A DNA stretch of 64,000 nt. It comes from an uncultured candidate division Zixibacteria bacterium. Its GTDB lineage: Bacteria; Zixibacteria; MSB-5A5; GN15; PGXB01. A program made the position numbers and the translations under genes. Location of the stretch: NCBI GenBank assembly GCA_963702205.1, contig OY969724.1:608001-672000 (forward strand), written 5' to 3'. Below, piece by piece: positions 31,301 to 42,084 of this stretch. Below the pieces are notes generated by a model. It was given only the letters and a program-made list of their open reading frames with translations. It did no database searches and was not told the origin of the DNA. Each line of letters begins with the position of its first letter. The first letter of the stretch is position 1.

Positions 31301-31442
31301 TGATCGACACGATGGGCGGGTCGATGTCGGGATATTCACGAACCGGCAGCCGAGTGTATGAGACGATACCCAGAAGTATGATAATAAGGCTCATCACGGT
31401 TGCCAGAACCGGACGAGTTATCGATATTTGTGATATTTTCAT
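28326..31442 (-). CDS. HAE1/AcrB-family RND efflux permease
   Basis: Start MKISQISITRPV; LPVREYPDIDPP, GLVVDDAIVMLEN, FESFIHP, RLRPILMT. Confidence 0.93.
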   Translation of the reverse strand: MKISQISITRPVLATVMSLIIILLGIVSYTRLPVREYPDIDPPIVSINTFYRGASPNIVETEITDVLEEELATIEGVKTITSSSQEQGSSITMEFNLGRNVDEAANDVRAKVARIQGNLPRDADDPVIQKVDVNAQPIIWMALYGGGYSNLELSDFGDRVLKQRLLRLPGIASVFLGGQRKFAMRVWLDPQRMAAHGLTTTDVESAITRENAEIPGGRIEGTGREFSVRTRGEVDTPEEFSALIVKESGGEIVRLGDVATVELGAEDDRTAVRWNGKEALGLGIIKQSEASTIDVANAVENALPDLRKILPPGAKLDIAYNSAIFIKDSITEVRNTIIIAVILVVLVILLFLKSFRATIIPTFAIPTSIIGTFVIVYVAGYTINILTLLALVLAIGLVVDDAIVMLENVYRHLQMGKTRFRAAMDGASEIGFAILATTISLVAVFVPLSFLTGDVGRLFREFGISVAVAVLISGFVALTLTPMLCSLILRPLHGESKSWANRSFDAFFDWMDRTYEKILRVTLKKRWLVVAGSALIVVISLGLLKVIPSELVPTEDRGLGFGIVTAPEGSTLAYTDRYMRQIEHILLSVPECEGLFTATGLGFGGPGRVTNGFVFMRLKPQSERKRSQQEIVQSLFFPLISIPGVMAFVINPPSLGQGFSNPVQYVLQASSYEELQKAVGIMMAGAKKLGYLVNLDTDLKLNKPQLDLTIDRVRAAQIGITVSEIGSTIETMLGGRVVSNFKRGAKQYDVITQMRPRDRSTPSTINDIYVRGTGGLVQLANVVDVHETVAPKELNHFNRVRSATISASLAPGVSIGQALTDLDKIANDQLPSGITHELSGMSQEYRESSSSLYYLFLFALLFIYLVLAAQFESFIHPFTILLSVPLALVGALVSLFVLGQTMNIYSQIGLIMLVGLVTKSSILIVEFANQLRARGKDLFDAVIEASRTRLRPILMTSFATIFGVLPIAIGIGAGAESRRPLGIAVVGGMIFSTFLTLVLVPTVYTLLARYTKNGAQRKNEEQAVMETAAASPAGGSSE

Positions 31443-31476
31443 TTGTTGTCTGCTCCTGTCATCGCGGTCAATTCGA

Positions 31477-32589
31477 TTAAGAAGATCCGCTCGAATCAGG
31501 TTTGGCTTCCGGCTGGCCTGGTGCACCCATGCCGCCCGGCGGAACCCTCATAATTTTCGCGCCATCGTACAGTTTCTGATGTCCGGCCTTCACGACTTCC
31601 TCGCCCGCCAATAGCCCCTGCGTCACTTCCACCGTCCCCGGCTGGCGCGTTCCCAGCGTAATGGCGGTACGCACGACCGAGCTGTCGGGTCTGACGACGT
31701 AAACGAAGGCCTGGTTGCCTTCGGAGAAGACCGCTTCATCAGGTATAGTAAGGGCATCGGGACGATTGCGCAGGACGGCCGAAACATTGGCCGACATACC
31801 GGGATGGAGTCGCCGGTCTTTGTTTTCGACCAGAGCGATCACGGTGACGCTTCGCGTGGTCTGATCAACCACGGGATCGACGACTTCGATTTTGCCGTCG
31901 AGCTCGTAGTCCGGATAAGCCGGTGACGAGATCGTGACGCCCGAGCCGCGCCTCAAAAATGAAAAGGTTCGCTCCGGGGCCGAGAAATTCACTCTAAGTT
32001 CACTGATCTTGGTCAGAGTCGTGATTGGATCGCCGGTACGCAGATATGCACCGGGGCTGACACGCCGGGTTCCCAATACACCGGAGAAAGGTGCCACCAC
32101 GCGGGTTTTATCGAGCCGGACCTGAGCCTGGTCGAGTTGGGCCTGCGCGACTTTAAGGGCCGCCGTGGCGTCGTCGAGTTCCTGCCTCGCGGCGGCGTTG
32201 GCATCGACAATTTCTTTGGTGCGATCGTAAGTAATTTTGGTTTTATCGAGTGTGGCCTGGGCGCTTTCCACTTCGGCCCGTGCCTGGCTGTCGTCGAGTT
32301 GTGCTATCAGACCGCCTTTTTCGATGTACTGACCTTCAATGAAGGGCAGGCTCATTACTTTGGCGTCTATCTCGGATACGACCGTGATGGCGTCGGCGGC
32401 CTCGACGTTGCCGACGGCTTCGAGTTTGTCGGTGACGTCGGCCGTGTTGACGCTGGCGGTTTCGACGGGTACCGGCGGCGGTCCAAAGCCGCCTTTTTGC
32501 TGGCCGCTGCAAGATGTCAGTAATAAAGTCAAGGCACCGGCCACAAGAATAAAACCAATGTCTTTTCGGATATTATTGGGGGCGATCAT
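31477..32589 (-). CDS. RND periplasmic adaptor (MFP), lipoprotein
   Basis: LTSC lipobox; APFSGVLG, VDQTTRSV, LHPGMSA. Confidence 0.9.
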   Translation of the reverse strand: MIAPNNIRKDIGFILVAGALTLLLTSCSGQQKGGFGPPPVPVETASVNTADVTDKLEAVGNVEAADAITVVSEIDAKVMSLPFIEGQYIEKGGLIAQLDDSQARAEVESAQATLDKTKITYDRTKEIVDANAAARQELDDATAALKVAQAQLDQAQVRLDKTRVVAPFSGVLGTRRVSPGAYLRTGDPITTLTKISELRVNFSAPERTFSFLRRGSGVTISSPAYPDYELDGKIEVVDPVVDQTTRSVTVIALVENKDRRLHPGMSANVSAVLRNRPDALTIPDEAVFSEGNQAFVYVVRPDSSVVRTAITLGTRQPGTVEVTQGLLAGEEVVKAGHQKLYDGAKIMRVPPGGMGAPGQPEAKPDSSGSS

Positions 32590-32619
32590 AATCTATTTAT
32601 CCTTTTATCTCTGCAAAAC

Positions 32620-34386
32620 TTATTCTGTTTCAAATCCTTCGCCGGTGAGGCGGCGCAGTGCCGATGACGCTTTGGCGGACCGAACGAGCGCCTCGGAGTA
32701 ACGCAGTTGCGCGGCGGCCAGGTCGGCGTTAAGCCGTACCAGTTCAAAGGCCGATACGCGCTGGGCCTTGAATTCGATGTTGCCGATGCGCACCAATTCG
32801 CGGGCCGCCTTGACACCATCCTGCGCGGCGGAAAGTCGCTTTTCGGCGTGCCGGTAATCGAGCAGGGCGTTGCGGACCTGTTCTTCGACCGATCTTTTGG
32901 CGGCGATCAGGTTTTGTTCGGCTGTCATCTCCTGCGCTTTCACACGGTCCCGTTCACCGCGCGATGAACGCATACCGATCGGCAGGGTTAGCCGGATGCC
33001 TACACTCCAGGTCGGGTAATCGCGGTTGAAGACCTGATTGTACGCTTGTGAAGCAGGACCGCCAAAAGTAGTGCTCAGCGTGTCGGTTCCGAAAAAAACC
33101 TGCTGGGCGCTTCCGGCCAGTCCGTTGCCGCCGATGGACCCGATAAGATCAAGGGCGGGCAGGACGTTCCAACTGGCGCCGCGTGTAAGAGCCTTCGATG
33201 CTTCGAGTTCGAGCTTGGCGGCCTTTACGACATAATTGCCGTCGACGGCTTCGGTCACCAGAGAATCGGCATTGGCCGAAGGTAGCGTGGGCCGGTTCGG
33301 TTTATCGGCGGCGCGAAATCTTTGTTCCTCACCTTCCGGGCGGCTGCCTATAAGAGAAGCCAGTTGGTTCGAAACCCGGTCGAGATTTTCCTGGCCGTCC
33401 AGTTGAGCCTGCTGTTGCTGGGAATAAAAGGCGGTCGCATTGGCCACGTCGCCCGGTCCGGCCAGCCCGGATTGGGCCCGAACTTTGGTTTCATTTAAAA
33501 ACGCTTCGGCCTGGTCGACGGTCAGTTGCAATACGGCCAGGTCGCGTTCGGCGGTATAAAGGTCCCAATATGTATCGTTAACCGATTGAATGACACCGAG
33601 GACGGCGTCGTGGTATCTTGCTTCGGCGGCATCCTCGACCCGCTCAGCGGCGGTCAAAGGAGCTTTGGCCGCGGGCCACGATCCGGCGAGCAGGGGTTGT
33701 TTTATATCGAAACTGCCGGTTGCGGAATATTCCGGATTCAAGACCGAGAAGCCCGAGTTCGATTCGAGACGAGTCGAAGACAGATTAAATCCCAGTTCGG
33801 TGCCGAAGCGGAGCTTCATGCTGGCTCCGGCGCGTAGATCGGTCAGTTTTTGATCCAGCGCGTCGGCTCCGGCGAACGGCGTCGATGACGGCGTTTTCGA
33901 GCGCGACTTACTTACTTCGGCGAAAAGGGTCGGGTCAAAGCCGCCGCGTTCCTGACGGACGTTGCCTTTGGCCGATTTCAGAAGGGCTTCGGCCTGATGC
34001 ACCGCGACGGAATTTTTTAAAGCCAGTTCGCGGGCCCCGGAAAGTGTGATGAATTGTCCCGTGAAACTCGACAGAACGGCCGCCAGAGAGCTGTCGCTCT
34101 GCCCCGTTTCAGGCGTCAAATCGGGCGCGCCTTGGGCGCGTACGGTCAGCCCAGAAATCAATATCGAAATAATCAGGAAATTTACTGTGGCTATAATCTG
34201 CGAGCGCGCAATCAGGCTTGCGCGGTCAAACAGATATTGAAAAGTCTGGTATATTGGCGACAGTCGATCAGAAAACAACGAAAACCTCCAAAATATAATC
34301 TTCAGTTGCAGTGGACTTATCCGCTGAAATGTTGTCAACTCTCCTGCAACAACGCCGGGAAAGACATTGTTCCACGTTTGAGTCAA
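32620..34386 (-). CDS. TolC-family outer-membrane protein; true start probably downstream of 34386
   Basis: OEP repeats (DIKQPLL; YWDL; RLTLPIG); upstream of MFP and RND genes. Confidence 0.85.
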   Translation of the reverse strand: MTQTWNNVFPGVVAGELTTFQRISPLQLKIIFWRFSLFSDRLSPIYQTFQYLFDRASLIARSQIIATVNFLIISILISGLTVRAQGAPDLTPETGQSDSSLAAVLSSFTGQFITLSGARELALKNSVAVHQAEALLKSAKGNVRQERGGFDPTLFAEVSKSRSKTPSSTPFAGADALDQKLTDLRAGASMKLRFGTELGFNLSSTRLESNSGFSVLNPEYSATGSFDIKQPLLAGSWPAAKAPLTAAERVEDAAEARYHDAVLGVIQSVNDTYWDLYTAERDLAVLQLTVDQAEAFLNETKVRAQSGLAGPGDVANATAFYSQQQQAQLDGQENLDRVSNQLASLIGSRPEGEEQRFRAADKPNRPTLPSANADSLVTEAVDGNYVVKAAKLELEASKALTRGASWNVLPALDLIGSIGGNGLAGSAQQVFFGTDTLSTTFGGPASQAYNQVFNRDYPTWSVGIRLTLPIGMRSSRGERDRVKAQEMTAEQNLIAAKRSVEEQVRNALLDYRHAEKRLSAAQDGVKAARELVRIGNIEFKAQRVSAFELVRLNADLAAAQLRYSEALVRSAKASSALRRLTGEGFETE

Positions 34387-34435
34387 ATGTGATACCGGTC
34401 CGGAGGCCTGTTTTATCGGGAATCAGCGGATTTTA

Positions 34436-35161
34436 TCAGATTTCAAGCTGAGAGGCGGCGGGGCCGTCGATATACCATAATACTTCGCCGTCAGACGGTT
34501 TTATCGCCTGTGCCGGAATCTCTTTGGGACGGTGGGCTCCGACCAGAACTTCGCGAACGGCGGTCGCTTTTTCCTGACCATAGGCGATGAAGACAACCGT
34601 GCGAGATAAATTGATCAAAATCGGGGTCATGGTAATCCTCGGGACGTCGCCGCCGGGATGATTCACGGCCAAAATCAGGGCCTTTTGTTCGTCGATGGTT
34701 TTGCTGCCGGGGAAAAGCGATGCCGTGTGGGCGTCGGGTCCGCAGCCCAGAAGAGTCAGGTCGAGACGCGGCTGGTTTCCACCGAATAGATCTTTCAGGT
34801 TTTTTTCGTATGCCTTAGCGGCTTGTTCCGGCGACAGGCCGTCTTTATACATGGCCATGACATGGTTTTCATGAACCGGAACGTGCTTGAGCAGAAGTTC
34901 CATTGCTGGCCCGGCGTTGCTTTTTTCGTCGGTCAGCGGGACATAGCGTTCATCGCTCCACAGTACGATAGTATTTTCCCAGGGCATTTTGTTTCGGTAT
35001 GGCTCGTGGGCCAGAGTCGTGTACAGCGGCTGCGGCGAATGACCGCCGGAAAGGGCCAGCAGGAAACGACTGCGCCTTTCGACTGCCTCCCGTGCGGATT
35101 CAACGATCAGTTCGGCCGCGGCTTCGACCAGAGTTTCGATATCGGGAAAGACGCTGAGCAT
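34436..35161 (-). CDS. pgl: 6-phosphogluconolactonase
   Basis: LALSGGHSP, WSDERYVP, LLGCGPDAHTASLFP, RITMT; TGATG coupling with zwf. Confidence 0.93.
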   Translation of the reverse strand: MLSVFPDIETLVEAAAELIVESAREAVERRSRFLLALSGGHSPQPLYTTLAHEPYRNKMPWENTIVLWSDERYVPLTDEKSNAGPAMELLLKHVPVHENHVMAMYKDGLSPEQAAKAYEKNLKDLFGGNQPRLDLTLLGCGPDAHTASLFPGSKTIDEQKALILAVNHPGGDVPRITMTPILINLSRTVVFIAYGQEKATAVREVLVGAHRPKEIPAQAIKPSDGEVLWYIDGPAASQLEI

Positions 35162-36694
35162 CAATCATCCTCGGCCTCTTTGTGAGCGGTGCCGTCGAGC
35201 GGCATCGAAAGCCAGGTGTAACCGTCGCGGGCAATCAGAGCCTGTGCGTCGACCGGTCCCCAGGTGCCGGCGGGGTAGTCGGGGAAATCTGGCGGACTGG
35301 TTGCATCCCAGATGTTGGTGATCGGGTCGACAATTTTCCACGCCGCCTCGATCTGGTCGCGCCTCATGAAAAGGGTCTGATCGCCAAGCAGGACGTCGAG
35401 CAGCAGTGTTTCATAGGCGTCGGGCGGGTCGTCCCGGTAGGCATTGGAATAATCGAAATCCATCTCGACCGGATTGAGGATCATGCGCAGGCCGGGTTTT
35501 TTGGCCTGAAAGTGCAGCTGCATACCTTTTTTGGGCTGGATGTTTATTATCAGGCGGTTCGGCTGCCAGGCTTCGATGGCTTCGACCGGAAAGGCCTGGT
35601 GCGGCACCGGCCGGAATTGTATGGCTATCATCGACAGTGTTTCCTGAAGACGTTTTCCGGTGCGAAGATAAAAGGGGACGCCTTGCCAACGCCAGTTATC
35701 GATGAATACTTTAAGGGCCGCGAAAGTTTCGGTCGATGAATCTTCGGCGACGTTTTCTTCCTCGCGATAACCCTTAACTTCGTCCCGTCCGATCCACCCC
35801 CGGCCGTACTGTCCCCGAACGGCGTATTTTTTGTACGTCGTCGTGACGGTAAATCCGAACCGCCCGAAGCACGTCGACTTTACGGTCGCGGAGTTCATCG
35901 GCCGCGAACACGACCGACGGCTCCATGCCGGTGAGGCACAAAAGCTGCATGAGGTGGTTCTGGACCATGTCTCGGAGCGCCCCGGCTTTTTCATAGTACG
36001 ACCCTCGGTGCCCGACTCCGAGTTTTTCGGCGACGGTTATCTGCACGTGCTCGATGTAATTTCGGTTCCACAGCGGTTCGAAAAAGCTGTTGGCGAATCG
36101 GAATGCGACGATGTTCTGCACCGTTTCCTTGCCGAGATAGTGGTCAATCCTGAAAACGGAATGTTCATCGAAGCAGTGGCGCATGACTTCGTTGAGTTTG
36201 TGGGCGCTTTCATAGTCGTGCCCGAATGGTTTTTCGACCACGATCCGGAACCGGTCCTTGTCTTTGGACAGGCCCGTTTCGGACAAAAGGTGCGACACCG
36301 GTTCGATAAACGACGGCGAGACGGCCATGTAAAATATCCGACAGACTTTCTTGTCCCAGTCGCGTTCGGTTTTTTCCATGTGTTTGGAGAGTGACTCGTA
36401 CGATTTCTTTTTGGTAAAATCCAAAGCCTGATAAGAAACGTGCGAGGAAAATTCCTTCCACGTTTTGGCCGTCATTTTGTGCCGGGAGAATTTCTTGACA
36501 CCGGTCGCCAGATGATCGCGATAGGCCGTATTGGAATTCTTGCGAATATCCACGCCGATTATCTCGAACTGATCGGGAAGCCAGTCCTGAAGAAAAATAT
36601 CGAACAGAGCCGGCACCAGTTTGCGCCAGGTCAGGTCCCCGTCGCCGCCGAAAATAGTTATGACCACCGGGTCCGGTTTTTGCGCCGAAATCAT
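35161..36694 (-). pseudogene. zwf: Glucose-6-phosphate 1-dehydrogenase with +1 frameshift in an A6 run at 35827-35832 (probably artefactual)
   Basis: [31 protein letters not shown] in ORF 35774-36694; VRGQY, NWRWQGVPFYLRTGK in ORF 35161-35994. Confidence 0.92.
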
Positions 36695-38118
36695 TTCGCC
36701 TCCTTCCGTTCCGCCCAGTCGGTGTGGAAGATTCCCTCGCGGTCGATTCGTTCGTACGTATGCGAACCGAAAAAGTCACGCTGCGCCTGAACCAGGTTGG
36801 CAGGGAGTCGAGCTGTACGGTAACCGTCGAAATACGCCAGCGCGCTGGACAGGGCCGGAGCGGGTATTTCGGACTCGATGGCGGTCCGGATCATTTCGGC
36901 CGTCGCCGAGCGGCTCTGTTTCAGAATATCGGAAAACGGCTGGGCTGTCATCATATTCGATGTATCCGGGGCCTTTGTCCAAACTTCACGCATATCGTCA
37001 ACCAGCGCGGCACGTATGATGCACCCGCTGCGCCAGATTTTGGCGATGTCCGCCAGCGGCAGGTTGTACTCATACCGTGATGACGCTTCTCTCAGCAGGG
37101 CCATGCCCTGGGCATAGGCTGTAATCATGCCGAAATGCAGGGCTTGCTCAAGTTGGCCGATCAAAGTTGATTTATCGCCCGAGTATTTGTGATCCTTACG
37201 CGGGAGGACTTTGGACGCCTGTTCACGTTCGGTTTTATAACCCGACAGATCGCGCATACCGACGGCGGCGTCGATGGTCGGTACCGGCACCTGCAGTTCC
37301 ATGGCATCCTGCGACGTCCACTTGCCGGTTCCTTTTTGTTTGGCGGCGTCCTGAATCATGTCGACCAGCCGCCGGCCGGTGTCATCGTCGCTGACTCGGA
37401 GTATTTTATAAGTTATCTCGATAAGAAACGAACTCAGCTGCCCCCGGTTCCATTTCTCGAAGGTGTCGGCCATTTCGTCATAGGTCAGCCCTCCGACCTG
37501 ACGCAGGATATCGTACGATTCGGAAATGAGCTGCATCAGGGCATATTCGATGCCGTTGTGCACCATCTTGACGTAATGCCCGGCCGAGCCGGGCCCGAGA
37601 TAGGCCACGCACGGCTGGCCGTCGGCTTTGGCCGAAACCGCTTCGAGAATATTTTGCACTCGTTCGTAGGCGCTTTTCGGACCGCCGGGCATTATGCTCG
37701 GGCCGTAACGGGCGCCTTTGGAGCCACCGGAGACACCGACTCCGAGGAAATTTATTTTCTTGTTCGCCAGTTGTTCGGCGTGGCGGTTGGTGTCGGTAAA
37801 ATGCGAATTGCCGCCGTCGATTACGATATCGCCCGGGTCGAGCCGGTCGCTAAGATCGTTGACGACCGCGTCAACCGGTTTTCCGGCGGGAACGAGAAGC
37901 ATCACGGCGCGGGGTTTGCGCAGCGACGACAGAAATTCATCCATAGTACTGACCGCCGCGACAGATTTCTGGTCGCCTTCATCGGCCAGCGCTTTCACTT
38001 TATCTTTATCGAGGTCCAATCCGACTATGCTGAATCCGTGATCAGCCACGTTCAAAGCCAGGTTGCGACCCATCACCCCCAGTCCGATCAGACCGATATC
38101 GGCTTTTATTTGATCCAT
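36691..38118 (-). CDS. gndA: NADP-dependent 6-phosphogluconate dehydrogenase
   Basis: [40 protein letters not shown]. Confidence 0.95.
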   Translation of the reverse strand: MDQIKADIGLIGLGVMGRNLALNVADHGFSIVGLDLDKDKVKALADEGDQKSVAAVSTMDEFLSSLRKPRAVMLLVPAGKPVDAVVNDLSDRLDPGDIVIDGGNSHFTDTNRHAEQLANKKINFLGVGVSGGSKGARYGPSIMPGGPKSAYERVQNILEAVSAKADGQPCVAYLGPGSAGHYVKMVHNGIEYALMQLISESYDILRQVGGLTYDEMADTFEKWNRGQLSSFLIEITYKILRVSDDDTGRRLVDMIQDAAKQKGTGKWTSQDAMELQVPVPTIDAAVGMRDLSGYKTEREQASKVLPRKDHKYSGDKSTLIGQLEQALHFGMITAYAQGMALLREASSRYEYNLPLADIAKIWRSGCIIRAALVDDMREVWTKAPDTSNMMTAQPFSDILKQSRSATAEMIRTAIESEIPAPALSSALAYFDGYRTARLPANLVQAQRDFFGSHTYERIDREGIFHTDWAERKEAK

Positions 38119-38152
38119 TGGACTATCCGTTTATTTTGTTCTTTTCGTTTTT

Positions 38153-38776
38153 TCATTTTGTCGCTAATCCGAATTCGGCCAGTTTGACCCGGGTCGATTC
38201 AAAATCCACGTGATGAATGCCGTGTATGCCCAGGGTTGACGCCACCTCGACAAACATGGGTCGGTCGTCGATATAAATCACTTCCTCCGGGCGCGCCTGC
38301 GATATATTCAGTGCGATCCGGAAAATTTCGGTATCCGGCTTGCGAGTGTGCACGAAGCAGGAAACGATGAAAGCGTCGATCATGGAGGCCAGACCGAAAT
38401 TCCGGATGCGATGTTCGGTCAGTTCCCGGCCTTCGTTGCTGACGGTAACCGTCCGCAAATTAAACTGCTTCCGAAGTGTACTTATTAAACCCAGCATGTC
38501 GTCGTGCGGCTGGGAGCGGCTGAACATGAATTGCCTGAAATCATCGTGAGAAAACGGTCGATCCTTATAAAAGACGACCCGGTTGAGGTATTCATGCAGG
38601 GTCAGGCGGCCTTCTTCGTACGTGTCAAAAGTCAGGTGGTGACGTTCGTCCATTTCCTCGAAATCAATATTGAATTTTTCGACCGCCGCGCGGCGGGCGT
38701 GTCGGTCCCAGCCGTTGGTGAGCAGGACTCCGCCAATATCGAGAAACAGTGCTGAGATTCCTTTACTTTGTGGCAT
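38153..38776 (-). CDS. HAD-family phosphatase
   Basis: FLDIGGVL, SNE, RKPD, YIDDR motifs. Confidence 0.88.
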   Translation of the reverse strand: MPQSKGISALFLDIGGVLLTNGWDRHARRAAVEKFNIDFEEMDERHHLTFDTYEEGRLTLHEYLNRVVFYKDRPFSHDDFRQFMFSRSQPHDDMLGLISTLRKQFNLRTVTVSNEGRELTEHRIRNFGLASMIDAFIVSCFVHTRKPDTEIFRIALNISQARPEEVIYIDDRPMFVEVASTLGIHGIHHVDFESTRVKLAEFGLATK

Positions 38777-38797
38777 GTTCCATTTCCTTCCGCCGGA

Positions 38798-41626
38798 TCA
38801 GGTCTGCTGCTGCACCGTACCGGCGAAGACGTTCAGTACGTGATTGAGATTGTTTTCCGGGTCGGTGCCGAGGTTGATTCTAATCGCCCGGCGTTTGTGC
38901 TTGAACAGAGCTTCCAGGTCGCCCCGGGCCTGGGCATTGATGAGGAGGTCGAACGTATAATCTTTTCCCGGCACGGCCAGGTTTTCTTTCGATTCTCTTC
39001 CCAGCTGTATAAACAGCCCAGTGTTGGGGCCGCCTTTATGGTACTGTCCCGTGGAATGCAGAAAGCGCGGACCGTAGCCGACCGTCGTGGCCGCCCTCAG
39101 GCTGTCGCGCAGACGATGCTGCATTACGTGCAGACCTTTGTTCATATCATCTGATTCAGGTAAGTACGCCTGTATCGCGACATAGTCGCCTTCTTTTATC
39201 TTGCTCAGGAATTTCATGAGCCCGTCTTCGAAGTGGGCGTCGGATGCATCGAGAAGCACATCATCACTGTTTGCACTTTCAAAGTCCGGCTGCGGGAGCG
39301 AACCTGCATTTATGGCAGCCTGCAATATGCGTTTGGTGATGTCTTTGGATTCCTGCACGTTGGGCTGGTCGAACGGGTTGATGTTCAGCACCGCCCCGGC
39401 GGTAGCAGTGGCAATCTCCCAGCGCATCATTTCCTGTCCGAGATCATACTTATCCTGAAGCCGGACGATGAAAACCGGGTGTCCGGCGTCGGCCAGAGCT
39501 TTGACGCGGGACAGGTCTTCTTTGTTTTCGTCGCCTTTAAGTTCAAAGTAAACGAATATGCGATCTTTTGCGTAGACTCCCGGTTCGCCGATGGTTTCAC
39601 CGGCGACGGGCAAAATGCCCCGGCCTTCTTTGCCGGTACTTTCGGCGACCAGTTGCTCCAGCCAGAGGCCGAAACTTTCGATTGAACCCGATGTCAGGAA
39701 GGTGAGTTTGTCGCATCCCTGTGTCGCCAGTTCGCCTATCATGGTCCCCAGCTCAATAGCCGGGTTGGCGGCTTTGGTATCACCGCGTTGGTTGGCCTGG
39801 GCCATACGCTCGGCGCGATCGAGCAGTTTTTCGATATCGGCCCCGATTAGTACCGCCGGGACTATGCCGAAGTACGACAGCGCCGAATACCGCCCGCCGA
39901 TGTCCTGATAGTTGAGAAATACTTTTCTAAAACCGCGCGACTTGGCCGTGTCCGCCAGCGAACTGCCGGGATCGGTAATCGCTACGAAATTCTCACCGGC
40001 CTTGTCGCCTTTGACGTCTTTGACTTTGTGATAAAAATATTCCATAAACGTCAACGATTCGGTCGTCGTGCCGGATTTGCTCGACACGATAAACAGAGTG
40101 TTTTTCAGCGGAATTTGTTTTTCTATATTCAAAATCGTTCCGGGATCGGTGGAATCGAGCACGTCGAGCGGGAGGCCGTCGGAGCCGGATGCAAAAGTCT
40201 CCGAAAAAACCAGCGGCGCCAGGCTGCTGCCGCCCATACCGAGGAGGACGACGTGCTTGAAGTCGTCTTTTCGGACGCCGGCCGCGAATTTCTTCAAATC
40301 CGATACGTGCGGAAGCATTTTCCCCGCGACGAACAGCCAACCTAACGAATTGGCGATTTGTTTTCCGGTGTTTTCGTCGTCGGTCCAGAGAGAAACGTCT
40401 TTTTCCCAGAGTCGTTTTGAAAACTGCTGTTTGGTCAGTTCGTCGATGCGGGCTTTAATGGATTTATTATAATCTGCAACGAGCATTTCCTGAGGGTCGA
40501 CTGGTCCTGCTTTCATCTCTCCCATTCTCCTTTCGAGCGATTCCAGAGTTTGATCGTACGGTTTGTTAAACTTTTCAATTCCTTCTTCGATAAGCTCCGA
40601 CGTGACCCGGTTGATGTCAATGTTAAATTCCTTCAGACGGTCCAAAACCCGTTGCGCTTTATCAAAGTCGTTTTCGAGACGGTTGGCGGGCTGGCCGTGA
40701 TCACGATATGCACTTAACGTTTCCTGTGGCACCGTGTTCACCGTCTCAGGGCCGATCAAGGCTTCGACGTACTTGATGTCGCTGTAAGCCGGATTTTTAG
40801 TGCTGGTGCTGGCCCATAAAACCCGCTGCGGTCGCGCACCTTTTTTTTCGAGTTTCCGGAAGCGGTCGCTCGTAAACATTTCTTTATAAATATGATAAGC
40901 CATTTTGGCGCTGGCTATAGCAACCTGACCTTTGATCTCGCCGACGGCAATGCCGCTCTGTTTTCGTTCCAGCTGCTCGAGTTCGGGATCGACTTTGACG
41001 TCGATTCGGCTCAGGAAGAAACTGGCGACCGAGCTTATATTTTTGAGTGATTTATCTTTGTTAACGCGGTCTTCGAGACCGGATATGTACGCCTCGGCCA
41101 CTTCGCGGTATCGTTCGAGTCCGAACAGGAGTGTGACGTTGACATTGATGCCCTCGGATATAAGCTGGCGGATAGCCGGTAGGCCTTCTTTGGTGGCGGG
41201 GACTTTTATAAAGACATTGGGGCGATTCAGCGCTTTCCAGAGTTCTTTGGCCTCTTTGATAGTACCGTCGGTATTGCGGGCCAGATGCGGGTTGACTTCG
41301 AGGCTGACGAAACCGTCTGCACCGTCAAATTTATCGTACACCGGGCGAAATATATCGGCCGCACTTTGAACGTCTTCGACGGTCAGGGTACGGTATATTT
41401 CTTCACGGGTTTTACCCTGTTGGGCCAGGGTGTGTACAGCACCGGTATAATCATCGCTGCCGTCGATGGCTTTCCAGAATATTTGGGGATTCGAGGTCAT
41501 GCCGCGAAGATCGTCGTTTTCGATGAGCCGACCCAGTTCGCCCGATTCCAGCATGTCCCGGCGCAGGTAATCCAGCCAGATGCTCTGACCGAATTCGGGT
41601 ACCTTCAAAAGTGGATTGTATTTCAT
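38798..41626 (-). CDS. Bifunctional transaldolase / glucose-6-phosphate isomerase
   Basis: Start MKYNPL; QSIWLD, GMTSNP, IKVPAT, NVTLLF, WASTSTK (Tal), then GMGGS, SKSGTT, GGRYS, EQLVAESTGK, NPFDQPNVQESK (Pgi). Confidence 0.93.
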   Translation of the reverse strand: MKYNPLLKVPEFGQSIWLDYLRRDMLESGELGRLIENDDLRGMTSNPQIFWKAIDGSDDYTGAVHTLAQQGKTREEIYRTLTVEDVQSAADIFRPVYDKFDGADGFVSLEVNPHLARNTDGTIKEAKELWKALNRPNVFIKVPATKEGLPAIRQLISEGINVNVTLLFGLERYREVAEAYISGLEDRVNKDKSLKNISSVASFFLSRIDVKVDPELEQLERKQSGIAVGEIKGQVAIASAKMAYHIYKEMFTSDRFRKLEKKGARPQRVLWASTSTKNPAYSDIKYVEALIGPETVNTVPQETLSAYRDHGQPANRLENDFDKAQRVLDRLKEFNIDINRVTSELIEEGIEKFNKPYDQTLESLERRMGEMKAGPVDPQEMLVADYNKSIKARIDELTKQQFSKRLWEKDVSLWTDDENTGKQIANSLGWLFVAGKMLPHVSDLKKFAAGVRKDDFKHVVLLGMGGSSLAPLVFSETFASGSDGLPLDVLDSTDPGTILNIEKQIPLKNTLFIVSSKSGTTTESLTFMEYFYHKVKDVKGDKAGENFVAITDPGSSLADTAKSRGFRKVFLNYQDIGGRYSALSYFGIVPAVLIGADIEKLLDRAERMAQANQRGDTKAANPAIELGTMIGELATQGCDKLTFLTSGSIESFGLWLEQLVAESTGKEGRGILPVAGETIGEPGVYAKDRIFVYFELKGDENKEDLSRVKALADAGHPVFIVRLQDKYDLGQEMMRWEIATATAGAVLNINPFDQPNVQESKDITKRILQAAINAGSLPQPDFESANSDDVLLDASDAHFEDGLMKFLSKIKEGDYVAIQAYLPESDDMNKGLHVMQHRLRDSLRAATTVGYGPRFLHSTGQYHKGGPNTGLFIQLGRESKENLAVPGKDYTFDLLINAQARGDLEALFKHKRRAIRINLGTDPENNLNHVLNVFAGTVQQQT

Positions 41627-42084
41627 GGCTGTGCCTTTCCGTTCGCCAGTTTGTCTATTTTGTCCAGGCGGCGCTGAAAACGACCGCCGCCGCGGAATTT
41701 CGCTTTCAAGAAGGCATCGATCAGTTCGCGGGCCAAATGCAGTGCCACGACCCGTCCGCCCAGACATATTATATTCATGTTGTCGTCTTCGACGCCCTGA
41801 TGCGCCGAAAATATCTCGTGGGCCATTCCGGCGCGAGCACCGTCGATCTTGTTGGCGGCGATACACGCCCCGATTCCGCTGCCACAAAGGGCAATGCCCC
41901 GTTCGACGGTACCGTCGGCTACGGCGCGGGCGAGCGGTATGACAAAATCGGGGTAATCGTCGTCTTTATCGTACACGTTCGCACCGAAGTCTTTTATTTC
42001 ATAGCCGTCGGCTTTCAAACCATCTATCAGCATATGCTTTAGTTCCCAGCCGCCGTGGTCGGCGGCGATTCCGACGCGCATCAT
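41623..42084 (-). CDS. rpiB: Ribose-5-phosphate isomerase B
   Basis: AADHGG, DDYPD, CGSGIG..IAANK, NIICLGGR. Confidence 0.93.
   Translation of the reverse strand: MMRVGIAADHGGWELKHMLIDGLKADGYEIKDFGANVYDKDDDYPDFVIPLARAVADGTVERGIALCGSGIGACIAANKIDGARAGMAHEIFSAHQGVEDDNMNIICLGGRVVALHLARELIDAFLKAKFRGGGRFQRRLDKIDKLANGKAQP

Noticed and set aside
31443..31526. N-terminal extension of the RND permease ORF
   Set aside because: Overlaps the MFP gene; family N-terminus begins at MKISQISITRP
37189..38187. Long antisense ORFs (e.g. 332 aa opposite gnd; 297/299 aa opposite the ATPase; 271 aa opposite mtfA)
   Set aside because: Shadow ORFs of GC-rich coding sequence with no recognisable motifs
41627..41887. 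87-aa N-terminal extension of the Tal-Pgi ORF
   Set aside because: Overlaps rpiB in another frame; ATG at 41626 has an RBS and ATGA coupling
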